A DNA stretch of 63,137 nt, filler included, from Folioceros fuciformis (Eukaryota): the NCBI GenBank assembly GCA_049999805.1. It is 7 parts of 7 records of this genome, joined end to end, with 100 filler letters (N's around TTAATTAATTAA, not from the genome) between each part and the next. Parts side by side here need not be neighbours in the genome. Positions count along the whole stretch, not along the records: positions 1 to 7,972 come from JBNGIO010001217.1; positions 8,073 to 14,020 come from JBNGIO010001219.1; 5 more parts are not named here. One strand, given 5' to 3'. Under the pieces are notes generated by a model, which saw only the letters and a program-made list of their open reading frames with translations, made no database searches and was not told the origin of the DNA. A program made the position numbers and the translations under genes. Below are positions 1 through 11,422 of this stretch, in pieces. How positions within the stretch are numbered: position 1 is the stretch's first letter; each line of letters opens with the position of its first letter.

Positions 1-34
1 TCCTCCCTCCCTTGTTCTTAGTCCCCTAGTTTAA

Positions 35-598
35 TGTTATAGGGAACGTATACGGTCCGTATACGTACCACCCTTTGTATTTAATATGTATTGATACATA
101 TACTGTATATGTATCCCCGTATTTCTTTTCCTTTTATTTTCCTAATTTCCCCTTTTCTATTTTCACCCTTATTTTTCTGGATTTAATTCCAGAAATTCTA
201 ATTCAACTCTATTTCACCTGCTTTCTTTTCCTCCTAGTTCGGGGCCTATTCCAGCACCCCAGGGTTAGTCTTCCATGGCCGAGGAACCATTTCGGCTGGA
301 AGCTGATTCCGCTGAATAAGCTACTGTTTTCAAGCCAGGTTCCGACTGCTGATCCCATTGCTTCCCACCTCTTCTCTATCTTTCCCACTAGTCATACTCT
401 TCCCCTGGAGGCTGGCTTAGCCACCAAGGGTGAATAGTTGCAGGGGAGGACTTAGCGGGCGGCCATCCAGCAAGGAAGAGGCGGCGTCCGCAGATCTTTG
501 AAGATCAGACATCCTCCGAAGTCTCAGGATAGTCTAAGAGGTGGTAGATCCTTGTGGTGGTAGGGCCAACTCATTGGTGGCAGGATGCCTAAATAAGT
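35..598 (+). mobile_element. Truncated LTR fragment, same family as 19407-20709 and 59829-60558 but opposite orientation
   Basis: 301-598 is the reverse complement of ~20400-20709 at high identity. TGTTATAGGG at 35 is a plausible LTR terminus, pairing with the ...CCTCCACA terminus of the other copies. Confidence 0.75.
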
Positions 599-1762
599 GT
601 GCAGTACGATACTTCGCGCAGATTGCAAACTCATTTCTTCAAAGAGGCCTGAATGATTAGCATGTGCTTTACCAGGAGCATCATTACCGGTCCAAAATAA
701 TTCTGGGCTTAGAGTTTGAATAAATTACCTCTCTTAAATCCGCTTAAATACACCGTAAAAGTCCTTTGCGGCCCATCCGGAATTGAGGTCGCTTGTAAAT
801 CCAAACGGTGTTCTTCCAAATATTTGTTTCTCTTGATTTATGGTTTGAGCGATGGGCTTTTGTGTTTGCAAACGTTCCTCCTTCTTATTGAGATTACAGT
901 ATGTAGTCCAACAGTGAAACGCGGACGTCGTGGAACCAGCCAACTCTTGCCGTGTGTTTCACAGCTCTTCCCGCAAATGATATAATGCGCCAAGGTGCAC
1001 TTTCCTCTGCGTCTCCGTTTCTAGCAGTTAAACGCTCGTTACGACGTCGGAATACATTTTTCACGCGGAAGTCACAGGCGACTCGGTCACCCAGTTTAAG
1101 CCTGGGACTTCGATCTCTCTCAGATTCCGTCTCGTCTGGACTGGAAGGGTGCTCGGAGGAGGGCTGGAGGTAAATCTGCTAGGACCTCGGCAGTTTGTGA
1201 CAGATCCCGTGCCTTGTTAGTGTCCTACCCTCTCCTACCAGAGCTGAATTGCAGTGGATGCAGAACTGGCGTTGAATTGAGAAATGATTGCTGTTTGATG
1301 TGCGCGTTGCAGGAGATCTCCCCTGGGCTCTGTTTCGTTTTCGCGGGTACGCATTGCAGCTCACCATCTTACGAAAGTGAGTTGCGGAGCTGGCTTTCAA
1401 TTGCCTGTACATCTTCCACACCAATTGCCAGAAACTTGAAGGCTTGGAGGCGCTCGGTGAATGAGACGAGGGATATTTTAGGGAGAAGGCTGCATGCATG
1501 GCTGTTGAGAGCTCGAGGGCTCTGAGATGGCAAGTAAGGATTATGCTCCTCACTTTTTAGATCTGAATGGGAATGGGCTTTTTCTAGTCCTGTTGAATCC
1601 CTACTTTGGTCAAAGAATGGACCCTACGGGTGTTCCACGTTCTTCCATTCAACCGTTTAGAAGAGACGTTGAACCTTTCAAGCCTGGATGCAGGTAGTGG
1701 ATGATGCTCTTTGCACCAGGAGCTTTGTTGCCTACCTATGTTCATAAAATCCTGCCTTTCAG

Positions 1763-4341
1763 GTTTTGGTTATGCAGACTCCAGCTCGGGAATTGCACGG
1801 GGACTTACTTCTTGGAGTGGAACGGGGAATTATGCCGAAGTTATTAAGCATAGCTATCTTGAGCTGGTGACAGAACACGACAACGCAACGATCTTTGGCT
1901 CGAAGGGCAACTGTTCTCGCTTCGTCTTGTTTTCGGCAGAGAAAACATGGGGTTATCAAGGTCGAGCGTTCCTATATTCTCTCATTCTTCTTTATTGCTT
2001 TGTGGGAATGGCTGTGATAACCACAGTCTTCATGAGAGCCCTGGAGACCATTGTGAGACAAACTCGTCTAGTGAGGCGAACAGATCCTGTGACGAATGCT
2101 ACTCAGATCATTCGAGAGAAGATTTGGAACCCTGCAATTGCAGATATCACTCTCCTAGCTCTCGGGACTAGCGCTCCTCCAATTGCAATCTCGATCATTG
2201 ATGCCTTTCAACAGCTTGGAAAGACCGACGGTGGGGGTAAGGTCTGACTCCACGATGTGCCAGTCGTTGTGGTATGTCTGCCGTGCGTGTTGCTGTCCAT
2301 CTATGACCTTACTCATGCTAGGATGACATCACCTAACTGTAACCCTGCTGCTGCAGGCGTAGGACCTGGGACAATCGTAGGGTCGGCAGCGTTCAATGTT
2401 TTTCCAATTTATGCTGTAATTGTACTTGTGCCTAAGAATGGAACCGTGAAGAAGATTGCTGCCTTCGGTGTGTACATGGTGGAGCTGCTCTGGTCCATTT
2501 GGGCTTACATTTGGCTTCTGATTATTCTCCAGGTATCGCAGATTGTCAGCTTTGCAATGGTCTAGGTTTTCCTTCTTTGGAATGTGCTCCTCAAAACTAT
2601 GTATCTTTTCTTGCTGTGCGGTGGACTTATTCACGATGTCCTCATTGTGCAGTTCTCATCCAAAGGGTCTGTTAGTGTGTGGGAGGCAATCTTCACCGTG
2701 TTGCAATTTCCAGTTCTGATGCTACATGCATATGCACAAGATAAGGGCTGGCCTTATGTTGCGATGCCTTTCAAGTCAGACCAATCCAATGCAGCGTTGA
2801 GACAAATGTCATCTGAGCTTTCGAGACTTGAGTCTGGACACGAGGCGAGGGGCCCAGGAGCCTCACCATTACAGCCAGCAACAGAGTAAGTCATCTTTCT
2901 TGTGCTGGTTTCTCATTCCAGCAGTCCTCACCAGGTGCACCCTCTTCTCCCTGACCAGAACTTTCACTGGAACTCATAGGATGGAGCAGAAACAGCCAGG
3001 CTGGCTTGGCCAAAGTGACTTGATGGGAGTTGATATTAAAACTCCCTTCCAGCGGTTACCAAACCCTGGTACGTGAAATTGGCTGCTTGTGTTTAGACTC
3101 AGATTCGGTGTGTGTTCTCTTTTGCATCTGGTTTTGGTTCGTGTCATCTTTGCTTGTTGCGCTTGATGGTACTTATGTTGGTAACATGCTTGGCTCAAAG
3201 ATGTGTTGAGATATTTCTCGCATTCCTGTCTTAAATCACCGTAAAAGGTGTACGTCTTCTGTTTGGGTGTTGATCTAATGTTTGTGGTGTGGACAGGAGA
3301 GTCCGGTCAGGTGGACGGTATGGTGAGTTCACCCTCGTATGCAACACAAGCAACAAGCGTCGGGGAGGACGAAGTCCATACATGGGGGGATATTTGGAAG
3401 ATGTGGGGACACCAGTTTAGTGACGCTGTGAAGGTGAATTTTCGAGGCCATGACTGTTAATTCCGGCATTCTCCTTCCCATGGATATCTTTTGGATGTTC
3501 ACCCTTCCAGTGACCACAGGTGAACGATGCTGACAATGGCACTGTCAACAAGGGCTCGTCCCGACGATCTAGGTTGATGCACTACGTCTCCTTACCGTGG
3601 AACTTACTATTTGCCTGCAATCCACCCGCGGTTTTAGCCCATGGCTGGGTCACCTTCGTGTGTGCTATTGTCTGCATCATTGGGCTATCGGTTGTGGTGA
3701 TTAAAGTTGTACATGTCCTTGGTTGTGTAACAGGTTAAGCTCACATTCTCCCTAGTGTCATATGCTTCTGTCTTGCTGTTGTGTGAGTGCTCCCTTCTTG
3801 ATATTCATCCTTGTGTCGATCCAGGTATCAGCTCTTTTGTCCTTGCCATCACTGTCCTTGCAGCAGGAACGAGCTGGCCTGACCTTGTAGCCTGCAAAAT
3901 TGCCGTCGAAGACTCAGCCACAGCCGATTCTGCCGTCGCCAATATCAATGCCAGGTGTGCAGCTGAGGCTTTTCTAGTCGTCCGTTACTCTCGCCATGGT
4001 TAAGCTCCACCTTCACTACTTGATTCCAGTGATCCGGCCTTTGCAGCAACTCTATCAACATCTATCTGGGTATGGGGATACCTTGGTTGATTCAGGTGTT
4101 CCATAGTCAGGTTGAGTACCACAAAAACTTCAGGACGCCGTCAAATGGAGTTAGCTTTTCGGTGGTCGTCTACTTTGCATGCTTCACCCTGTGCATGGTA
4201 GTTCTCTTCGTCCGAAGAATATGCCTCGGAGGAGAACTCGGTGGACCCCGAGGATGGGCTTGGGCATCATCCTTTTACTTTTTCTCCCTGTGGGCATTAT
4301 TCATCATTCTTTCATGCCTGAAAGATTATGGCAAATTATAG
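1763..4341 (+). CDS. MHX: Mg2+/H+ exchanger-like protein (CaCA/NCX superfamily); about 8 exons, 5' end uncertain
   Basis: Exons approx 1763-2236, 2357-2532, 2652-2886, 2959-3068, 3298-3433, 3520-3733, 3825-3954, 4047-4341, with GT-AG introns. Motifs [63 protein letters not shown] and [11 protein letters not shown] match plant MHX. Confidence 0.88.
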
Positions 4342-4448
4342 GTGGGAAATGAACTCGCTCAGACTTGAGCCGATAATTAGCCTTATTTGCATCAGGTGCT
4401 TCCTGTGTTTGATGCTTGTATGTACACTTCACAAGGCTTTGTAGGCTG

Positions 4449-6533
4449 TCAGAAGAAAGCGTTGGATGCTCTATGTTCCTTGACAGGGTGAAAGACAGGC
4501 TGATACCAATGCGGGTAGTGACCGTGCTTGAAGGAGAATGCCTTGCCGCTTCTCTCAGGACCTTTGGGCCTGGTCCCCTTCTTGCAGTAAGATGCAAGGC
4601 CTTTGTGAAGCGACAGCTTGGGTGTGTCTCCAAGTTCGTAGGTGATATTCACCATATAAAACTTCTGCTTGGGCTGCCCGATCAGGTTTTGCATAAACCT
4701 CACCCTTCTGAACATGGATGTGCCTCTCGACTTCCCTCCCTGAGTCCATTTCTCCTTAGGCAGCCACATCTGCGTCTCACTGCCCCGCCTGAAATGGCTC
4801 ACCTCCGTCTGCGTACCGTGCGTGAGCTTGCTGGACAGCTGCAGCTTCCGCAGATGCAGCGTCTCCTCATCCCACCTGTGCTCCTCGTACATGTGCACAT
4901 CCGTCTGCGTGCCGAACTCGCTCGGCAGAGGCTCCGTCAGCGTCTGCAGAATCTCGGGGATGGAGAGGTTCGTGAAGGGCGGGGTGGCCTGCAGGCCCAG
5001 AATGTGTACCAGCTGCGGCATCCTCTTCACCAGCCGGTACGCCTCCTTCATGTAGTTTCCAAATCCCTTGTGAAAGGCGGACAACGCATCCTCATCGTAG
5101 CATGCCACCAACACGTCATCCACCTGCACCAAGCCCATGTCCGGGTTGCCATGCAGTAGTAGCCCGTCCGTCGTAGTGAGCGTAACAGGGCAGTACCCTG
5201 CAAACTTGATTTCCGTCCCCCGTAGCAGCACGTCTTGGATGTTGGCCTCCTTAATCCACATAGCCTTCTGAGGCGGCGGGGGAGCATTCTCATCCCGCCC
5301 CGGGACGTCGTGGAACTCAACCTTATACGGAATGAACTCGAAGTTCTTGATCCTCAGCATGAACTTCTTCCACGTGGTTGGCGTGAGTACGAACGGCGGC
5401 TTGTTGGTCATGGTGAGCAAATGCGCCCCCGCACGCGCGTGCGCATGCAGCATCTTGCGCTCCTCCGAGATCTGCTTGTGGATGCGACCGACAGCGATGA
5501 AGGCTGGATACACCATCTCGGTCGGGACGATCTTGAGCGAGTTTATGGTGTCCTGAAGCTGGCTGAGATGCTGCTGGCATTCTCCCCACAGCCCGTTCAC
5601 CAATTCGTACCGCGAGTTTACCATCCCGTCCAAAGTCTCCAGGAAGGCCGCAGCCTGAAGATGGTACGCCATCTCGTCCCGCAGCCGGATAATGAGCACA
5701 TGGTGCATGCCTAGGTCACCGCGTTGCAGGTCCAAGGCCGTGATGTAGTCGTCCAGTTTGTCATGCAGGTCCCGGAGCGTGTCGGCCACCTGCGTCGCAA
5801 GCGCGTCCGTCTCCTGTTCGAACAGATCAAACAGGTACTCCGTCACCGCGCCTCCTCTCCCGAGATGCTTGTTGAAGCACCGAATCCCCGGCACTAGTTC
5901 AGAGATCTCCTCGATCTGCTGAAATTTCTCAAGCTTTGGAAGTTCCATGAAATGGAGACATCCCGACTTGGGGAACACGCTCTCCAGCGCCGCGTAAATC
6001 TCCGCCTCCGTCTGCGGATCCAGTTCCTTGACGTCGTCCATCTGCCGGCTCGATTCCAGCATGTAGTCCACAACCAGGAAGAAAAAAAAAAAAAACGTCT
6101 CCAACCTCCTCCTGATGTCTCTCACCTTAGTGTCCACTATCTCGTCCAAGATCGCTTTCAATCTCGCCTTCTTGGCATGCGCGTCTTTCTTCATGTGATT
6201 CGTCTCCACAAACATGGCTCCTTGCACCGTCACTTGCAATTGGATCGTCTCTTCCGCAGGACAATTGTTCATCATCAGATGTTCCACGCACACAGCAAGC
6301 AGCACATCGTAGTCCGCCGCGCTCATGTCCTCTCCGAACCTTTTGTGCTCCAGCAGTGCTGCTCGAATGTGGAAGCACGCCATCACCTCCAGAAAATCTC
6401 TGTGCTTCGGCTTGTTCTTCTCCGGCTGCTCCCTGAACATCCTCACCACATCCTGCACCATATCCCTCCCGGTAAGTTTGTGCTCCACCTTCACGATCCC
6501 CTTGGCCGCATCTGCCATTTGCATCTCTACCAT
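4449..6533 (-). CDS. CFAP206: Cilia- and flagella-associated protein 206, single-exon 694-aa ORF
   Basis: Long uninterrupted ORF. Motifs LESVFP, GIRCFNK, FAGYCPVTLTTTDGLLLHGNP, EFGTQTDVH and THGTQTEVSHFRR resemble the CFAP206/C6orf165 family. Confidence 0.85.
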   Translation of the reverse strand: MVEMQMADAAKGIVKVEHKLTGRDMVQDVVRMFREQPEKNKPKHRDFLEVMACFHIRAALLEHKRFGEDMSAADYDVLLAVCVEHLMMNNCPAEETIQLQVTVQGAMFVETNHMKKDAHAKKARLKAILDEIVDTKVRDIRRRLETFFFFFFLVVDYMLESSRQMDDVKELDPQTEAEIYAALESVFPKSGCLHFMELPKLEKFQQIEEISELVPGIRCFNKHLGRGGAVTEYLFDLFEQETDALATQVADTLRDLHDKLDDYITALDLQRGDLGMHHVLIIRLRDEMAYHLQAAAFLETLDGMVNSRYELVNGLWGECQQHLSQLQDTINSLKIVPTEMVYPAFIAVGRIHKQISEERKMLHAHARAGAHLLTMTNKPPFVLTPTTWKKFMLRIKNFEFIPYKVEFHDVPGRDENAPPPPQKAMWIKEANIQDVLLRGTEIKFAGYCPVTLTTTDGLLLHGNPDMGLVQVDDVLVACYDEDALSAFHKGFGNYMKEAYRLVKRMPQLVHILGLQATPPFTNLSIPEILQTLTEPLPSEFGTQTDVHMYEEHRWDEETLHLRKLQLSSKLTHGTQTEVSHFRRGSETQMWLPKEKWTQGGKSRGTSMFRRVRFMQNLIGQPKQKFYMVNITYELGDTPKLSLHKGLASYCKKGTRPKGPERSGKAFSFKHGHYPHWYQPVFHPVKEHRASNAFF

Positions 6534-7972
6534 GCCCCTTCACTTTCTTCACGTCTCACTCTTTCATCCTCTTTGGTTTATTTTACAAGTAGCTATGAAA
6601 CCCAGCTTCGCCTTCCATCGACGTCTCTCTCACACAAGCATCAACCAAAGCCAGCTCCTTCCTTTTTCTTCCTCTTCTTCCATACATGAAGACACATTAG
6701 GGCGTGGTCGGAGCGACAAGGTACAACGTGGACAGGGCAGAAGACCAGCATGAAACGGGGCGAAGCGCGTTGCCGGTGAACCCCACGGGTTTTTCCTCCT
6801 CACCGGCAACCGCCACAAGGTCCCCGATGTCGGGTTCAAATGACGCAGCCAGAGCCAATTTTCACTGACCCGCGCTAAAAGAAACATCGTAGAGCAGAGA
6901 GTACGTAGCAGAGCAGAGTCGGTGGGACACCTAACGACAACGGCGACGACGAGGGACATCTATTAACACGCAGGGCGTCGGTCGGCCGCGGAGGGAGGCA
7001 TCGCAGCGCACGCAGACGCACACAGCCAGGCCGGGCCAAGCCTGCCCAGCGCGGCACGGACATCGCCTTACTATTGTCGTGTGTGCTGCATCGCCGTCTC
7101 CCCTTCCTTTCCCTCGTCCCGGCAAGAGCGTCGTCTGCTTTTCCTTCCCGTTTTGCCGTTGCCGCTGCGATGGCCGTTGCAGCAGCAGCCACAGCAGCTT
7201 CCCCGGCGGGCGGGCCGGAGCCGGGCTGCCGCGCCGGACTTCCATGTCTTGCATGTGGATGGAGGGAATGATAGCAAACTTGAAGCGTGGAGACGGGCAG
7301 CAAAGGCAAATCGCGGGCCCGGACTCCCGTCTAGCTCAAATTTCCGATCGGGCTGGTCGCGCCGTTCGAAATTTAGGCGGCTGCGACGTGCACGTGGAAG
7401 TGGTAACCTGGATTTGTGGCTTACGTGAGCTGACTGTGGTGTGCTAATCGCGGCCGTGAACAGAGGACCAGGATCCCGGTGTCGGGACAGGGCCGGGGGA
7501 ATGCGCCAGGTCGCGGATCCGAGTCAAGATACGGGTTGCGGGAATTCGGGTATTGATGCAATTGCTGGGCTTCTTCGTGGTACAATGCTGGGGTGCGGGA
7601 AGCAAGTGGATGATGTGCGGGGTTTGATCCGGGAGTGAGGCGGGACGGCAAGGAAAGGGAAGGAAAGGAAAAGGAAGAAACGGGCAGGCGAGCAAGGGAG
7701 GAAGCTACGACGGGTGGATTAGGGATATCGGTCCTGCCGTCCGCGCGGAGGAGCAAGGGGAAGGGAGGTGGAGTGCGGAATGCGCCAAGGCTGGCTGCAG
7801 GTTGCGGTAATTGCAGGCCAAGATTTTGTGGGTACGTAGCAGCCTTATTTGATTTTGACGCCGCCGCAGAGAAAACGGGAGTTTCGGTTACTGGCCACTG
7901 TCCGATTTCGCGACGTCGTATACCTACCCGTGGGAGACTCATGGCCGGCACGTGAGGCAGGCAGGGTAGTGG

Positions 7973-8072
7973 NNNNNNNNNNNNNNNNNNNNNNNNNNNN
8001 NNNNNNNNNNNNNNNNTTAATTAATTAANNNNNNNNNNNNNNNNNNNNNNNNNNNNNNNNNNNNNNNNNNNN
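7973..8072. other. Artificial contig linker (N44-TTAATTAATTAA-N44)
   Basis: Identical 100-nt spacer with stops in all six frames, seen six times. Confidence 0.97.
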
Positions 8073-8304
8073 CAGCCCTTCCACAGAGCTCTGGGGATCA
8101 ACAGCTAGTCCAGTAAGCTAACAGGGCCTTGTCGCCCTTCTCCTCACTTCCTGCACACACCGATATGAGAGTTAGCTGCCGGGACGCTTGCTGCCGATCT
8201 CCCTCCAAGCTGCTCCAACTTCTCGTAGCTGCTCTAGCTTCTGGTGTGCACTCTTGCTGCCTCTTGCAGCACCTCCTACGCCGATCTTGCACCGCCTGCA
8301 CCGG

Positions 8305-8316
8305 GCTCTGATACCA
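8305..8316 (-). mobile_element. tRNA-iMet primer binding site of an LTR retrotransposon fragment
   Basis: Minus strand reads ...ACA-TGGTATCAGAGC, i.e. an LTR-like end abutting a canonical PBS. Confidence 0.65.
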
Positions 8317-8339
8317 TGTCGATCCTATTGACAAGAGGG

Positions 8340-11128
8340 AAGGAGGCTGAAGCCTGGAGGCAGATGGCAAAGTTCGAGAGGGCACAACGGCCCTGAACAA
8401 GGACAAGGTACGGGCGGAGGAAGAGGCGAGCCAAGCCAAGGCCAAGATCCAGGCGTTGAAGGAGCAACAAGAGTTGCTCCTAGCTCAAGTGAGGGAAGCC
8501 CATGAGACTAATCTGGAAATGCAATAGGAAATGGCTAAGGCTCAGGAGCAGAAGATGGCTGCAATGGAACAAATCTAGAAGCTAGTCGACAGGTACAAAT
8601 GGGAGCGGGACGAGGCCAGGGAGCGAGTAAAAGGGAAGGGCAAGGCTGGGCGCAGTAGCTGAACGGCGACGCCGATAGTTGAAGGGGCTACCGGTAGTCC
8701 CTTCAACTAGCCGGATGGACTAGCGGTAGTCAAGTCCCAGAATCAGTAGCCGAGCAACAGTGCCGGTAGCCAACAGGGCTACTGGTAGTCGAATGGCCAT
8801 ACCGATAGCCGGAGAGGCTACCGACAGTCTCATGACACCCGAGGTAGCCGAAGGGGCTACCGGTAGAGGAGGGACGATGCCGGTAGCTAAAGCCACGACC
8901 TCGGTAGCCGAAGAAGTGAGGGCGGAGGCCCTTGTGCTTAGGCGTTCCAAGAGGGCGACTCGCACCAGGTGGACTGAGCTGGGGGAAGCAACAGCAGCAT
9001 GAGGGATGGAGGACTCTCAGGTACCCCAGGAGAGCAAGGGACAGGCAGCCCGAGGTAGCCCAAGGGAGGAAGGGGTAAGCACCTCCTTTAGCGCAGCGGG
9101 TCAGGTTATGCTACAATATGAGGAGGAGGCCTCTTATGTGTCAGGCCTCTATGTAGAAGGAGCCCGAGTTCTGAAGCTGTTTTTGTATGTACGTATGGGC
9201 ATAGGAGGGATACGGGGCTACGGCCTACAACTGAAGACCCGCAAGGGCATCTACTACTACCGCTGGCGGGTATGGGGGCTGCCTCATTTCTATTCCGAGG
9301 CAGTCTTGGAGGAACTGACAGAAGAGGAGGCGCAGCAGTGGGTTGAGCGGGAGCCTGTCCTCATCCTCATCGGCGACACAAGGAGGAGAGGGATTCCTTG
9401 CAGTGGGACCCACCTGCGCCGCCGCCAGCGAGGGCCAGCAGCAGCAGCAGTGAGGTAGAGGTCCTGTGGGAGGACCCGCCTGACCAGCGGCGGTGCAGGA
9501 GAGCTAGAGGCGGACCAATAGGGGGAGGAGCGCAACGGCCAGGAGGAAGGCGCCAGCGGCAAAGAGGGAGGCGATAGCAATTATAGTCTAGGCTAGTTTT
9601 TTCTAGATTGTTTTTGCTTGGACCTAAGCCGCTCAAAATTTAAGAGCGCTGACTGACCCCTAATAGACTTTATGGCAGAAAGACGGCCACTACTGTGTAA
9701 GAGAGGCCAGTTTGGGGTCTCGAAAAAATCAGCAAGAAACCAGCCCGACATTCCGACCTTGCGGAAGCCTAGTGATGGCCGTTGCTGGATAGGAGGTCCA
9801 GGCAAGCGAGCGCACGTAGTGTTCTCAGGGGGTGGGTGCAAGTGGTGGATGCTCCGTAACCATGAACCGGGAACGAATCGAGAGGAGAGACGTCGCCGAG
9901 TGGGAGACGAGCTCCCCAGCTATTTTCGTGACGGTTGCGCGGAGTGGTAAGAGTGCTGGAGGCCTAATTCGTGAGTTCAGAGTGGAAGTAGATACCCCTT
10001 CCCTTAGCCTCTGATGACCCACCATTCCTTCAATTCAGAGGGAAGAGAGGCCCTGGACTGGTGAGTTGGAGAAGGGTGCTGAGAGTCGTGAGTGGACTGA
10101 GAAATGAGAGTGTGTGAGTAAGAGTGATGAAGAACGTGTGTTGGTGAAGTAAGGATGTGGTGCTGGGAGACTGATGTTGTGAGAGCTGTGAGTGGACGCG
10201 GGTCGCGAGTGTGGCGACGGTAGAAGGAAGAGGGTGCGTGATTGAATGACTGTGGTGGCTGTGTGTAAGTTTGGGGTGTGACGAAAGTTGAGCTAAGGGA
10301 TTGTAAAACGGAAATGGTGAGTGCGTTGCGCTGCGGGCAAGTGATCGCGGCTGACAAGAGAGTAAATGAAGCAAGAGGGTGACGAGAATTAGACATGATT
10401 GTATACCATGACGGAATGCCGTGGAGGGAAGAAAAGTCGGTATGCATGTGTGGCTGAAGTGCAGGGACGCGCGAGCGGTTGCGGAAGTCTGGCCTGAAGT
10501 TGTGAGCAAAGTGCGGTTGCGAGTGAGAGCGCGCTGATTGATTGAGAAACCGTTTATGTGTGTGTGTGTGTGGGTGCGCCGTTGTGCGCAGCGAAGCATA
10601 AGGGTTCCTGAGGAAAATGGAAAGAGCTATTGGCGAACGCAGCCGGCGAGTTGGTATGCATGTGTGTGTGAACTAAGCGCCTTCAAGTCCTAGGAGAGGT
10701 AGAGAGTAATCATGAGTGGGCGGAGAGGTGTGAGGCGTAAGGAAGGAGCAATTGCGAATGAGAAGGAGGGGACCGAGGTGTGTCACGTCTGTCAGGAGGC
10801 ATAAGCCGGAAAAGTAAGTCGTAGGGTAAATTAGAGAGAGAGTGCGAAGAAAGAGAGTGGACCCCACCGAGGTAGCCGGATGAACGACCGTCATGGAAGG
10901 GCAACGAAAGTAGCCGAGTGTCGCAATAGCCGAAGAGGCGACGAAGTAGCCGGGAGACGGTAGCTGGAGTGGCACGCACCCCGGTAGCCGAGTAAGCCGT
11001 TAGGTAGCCCAGGGTTAAGGTATTTGAGGAGGCAATGGTAGTAGTCGAGTCGTAATAAGGTTGAGGTAGCTGAATAGGTGGTAGGTGAGTGGTAGATGAG
11101 TAAGACTGACCTTGGGTAGTAACTCACT
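8340..11128 (+). mobile_element. Degraded retroelement-like region: stop-interrupted coiled-coil ORF, GTAGCCGA-rich degenerate repeats, GTGAGT-rich non-coding DNA
   Basis: 8394-8662 reads LNKDKVRAEEEASQAKAKIQALKEQQE...Q*E...I*K. Repeated ggtagccgaa motifs occur at 8660-8915 and 10870-11075, similar to the repeat inside the Gypsy element at 17570-17790. Confidence 0.5.
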
Positions 11129-11422
11129 TTGTGAGAAAACCTGTGTTATTTAACACAACTCATTCCCTTGGGATCGAATATCAATGCTATAACGAAAAAG
11201 AGGGTTTGTGTGGACCTCGCAGCACCCCCTAGTGCAATATTTTCCCCCACAGTTAGTAAACATACCTATAGACAATTTGTCCAACCTTGCTGCTAACATT
11301 CTCTGACTCTGTTTCTGAAGATATATGTGCCTGAGGTCTAGATAAACAATCCTACAAAGGTCAGTCATTTTTAGTATCTTAGTGTTTTGGGAGTAGCTAA
11401 CCCAGAATACAAAAGAAGAAAA

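Noticed and set aside
4416-6753. Long plus-strand ORFs opposite CFAP206 (also those opposite SMG7, ferredoxin and the DedA-like gene)
   Set aside because: Antisense shadow ORFs expected from GC3-rich coding sequence; no recognisable motifs.
6760-7972. Many overlapping ORFs in GC-rich DNA upstream of CFAP206
   Set aside because: Low-complexity promoter or UTR-like sequence; the ORFs are explained by GC content.
7973-8072. TTAATTAATTAA palindrome repeated six times
   Set aside because: Always flanked by exactly 44 N on each side, so it is an assembly linker, not biology.
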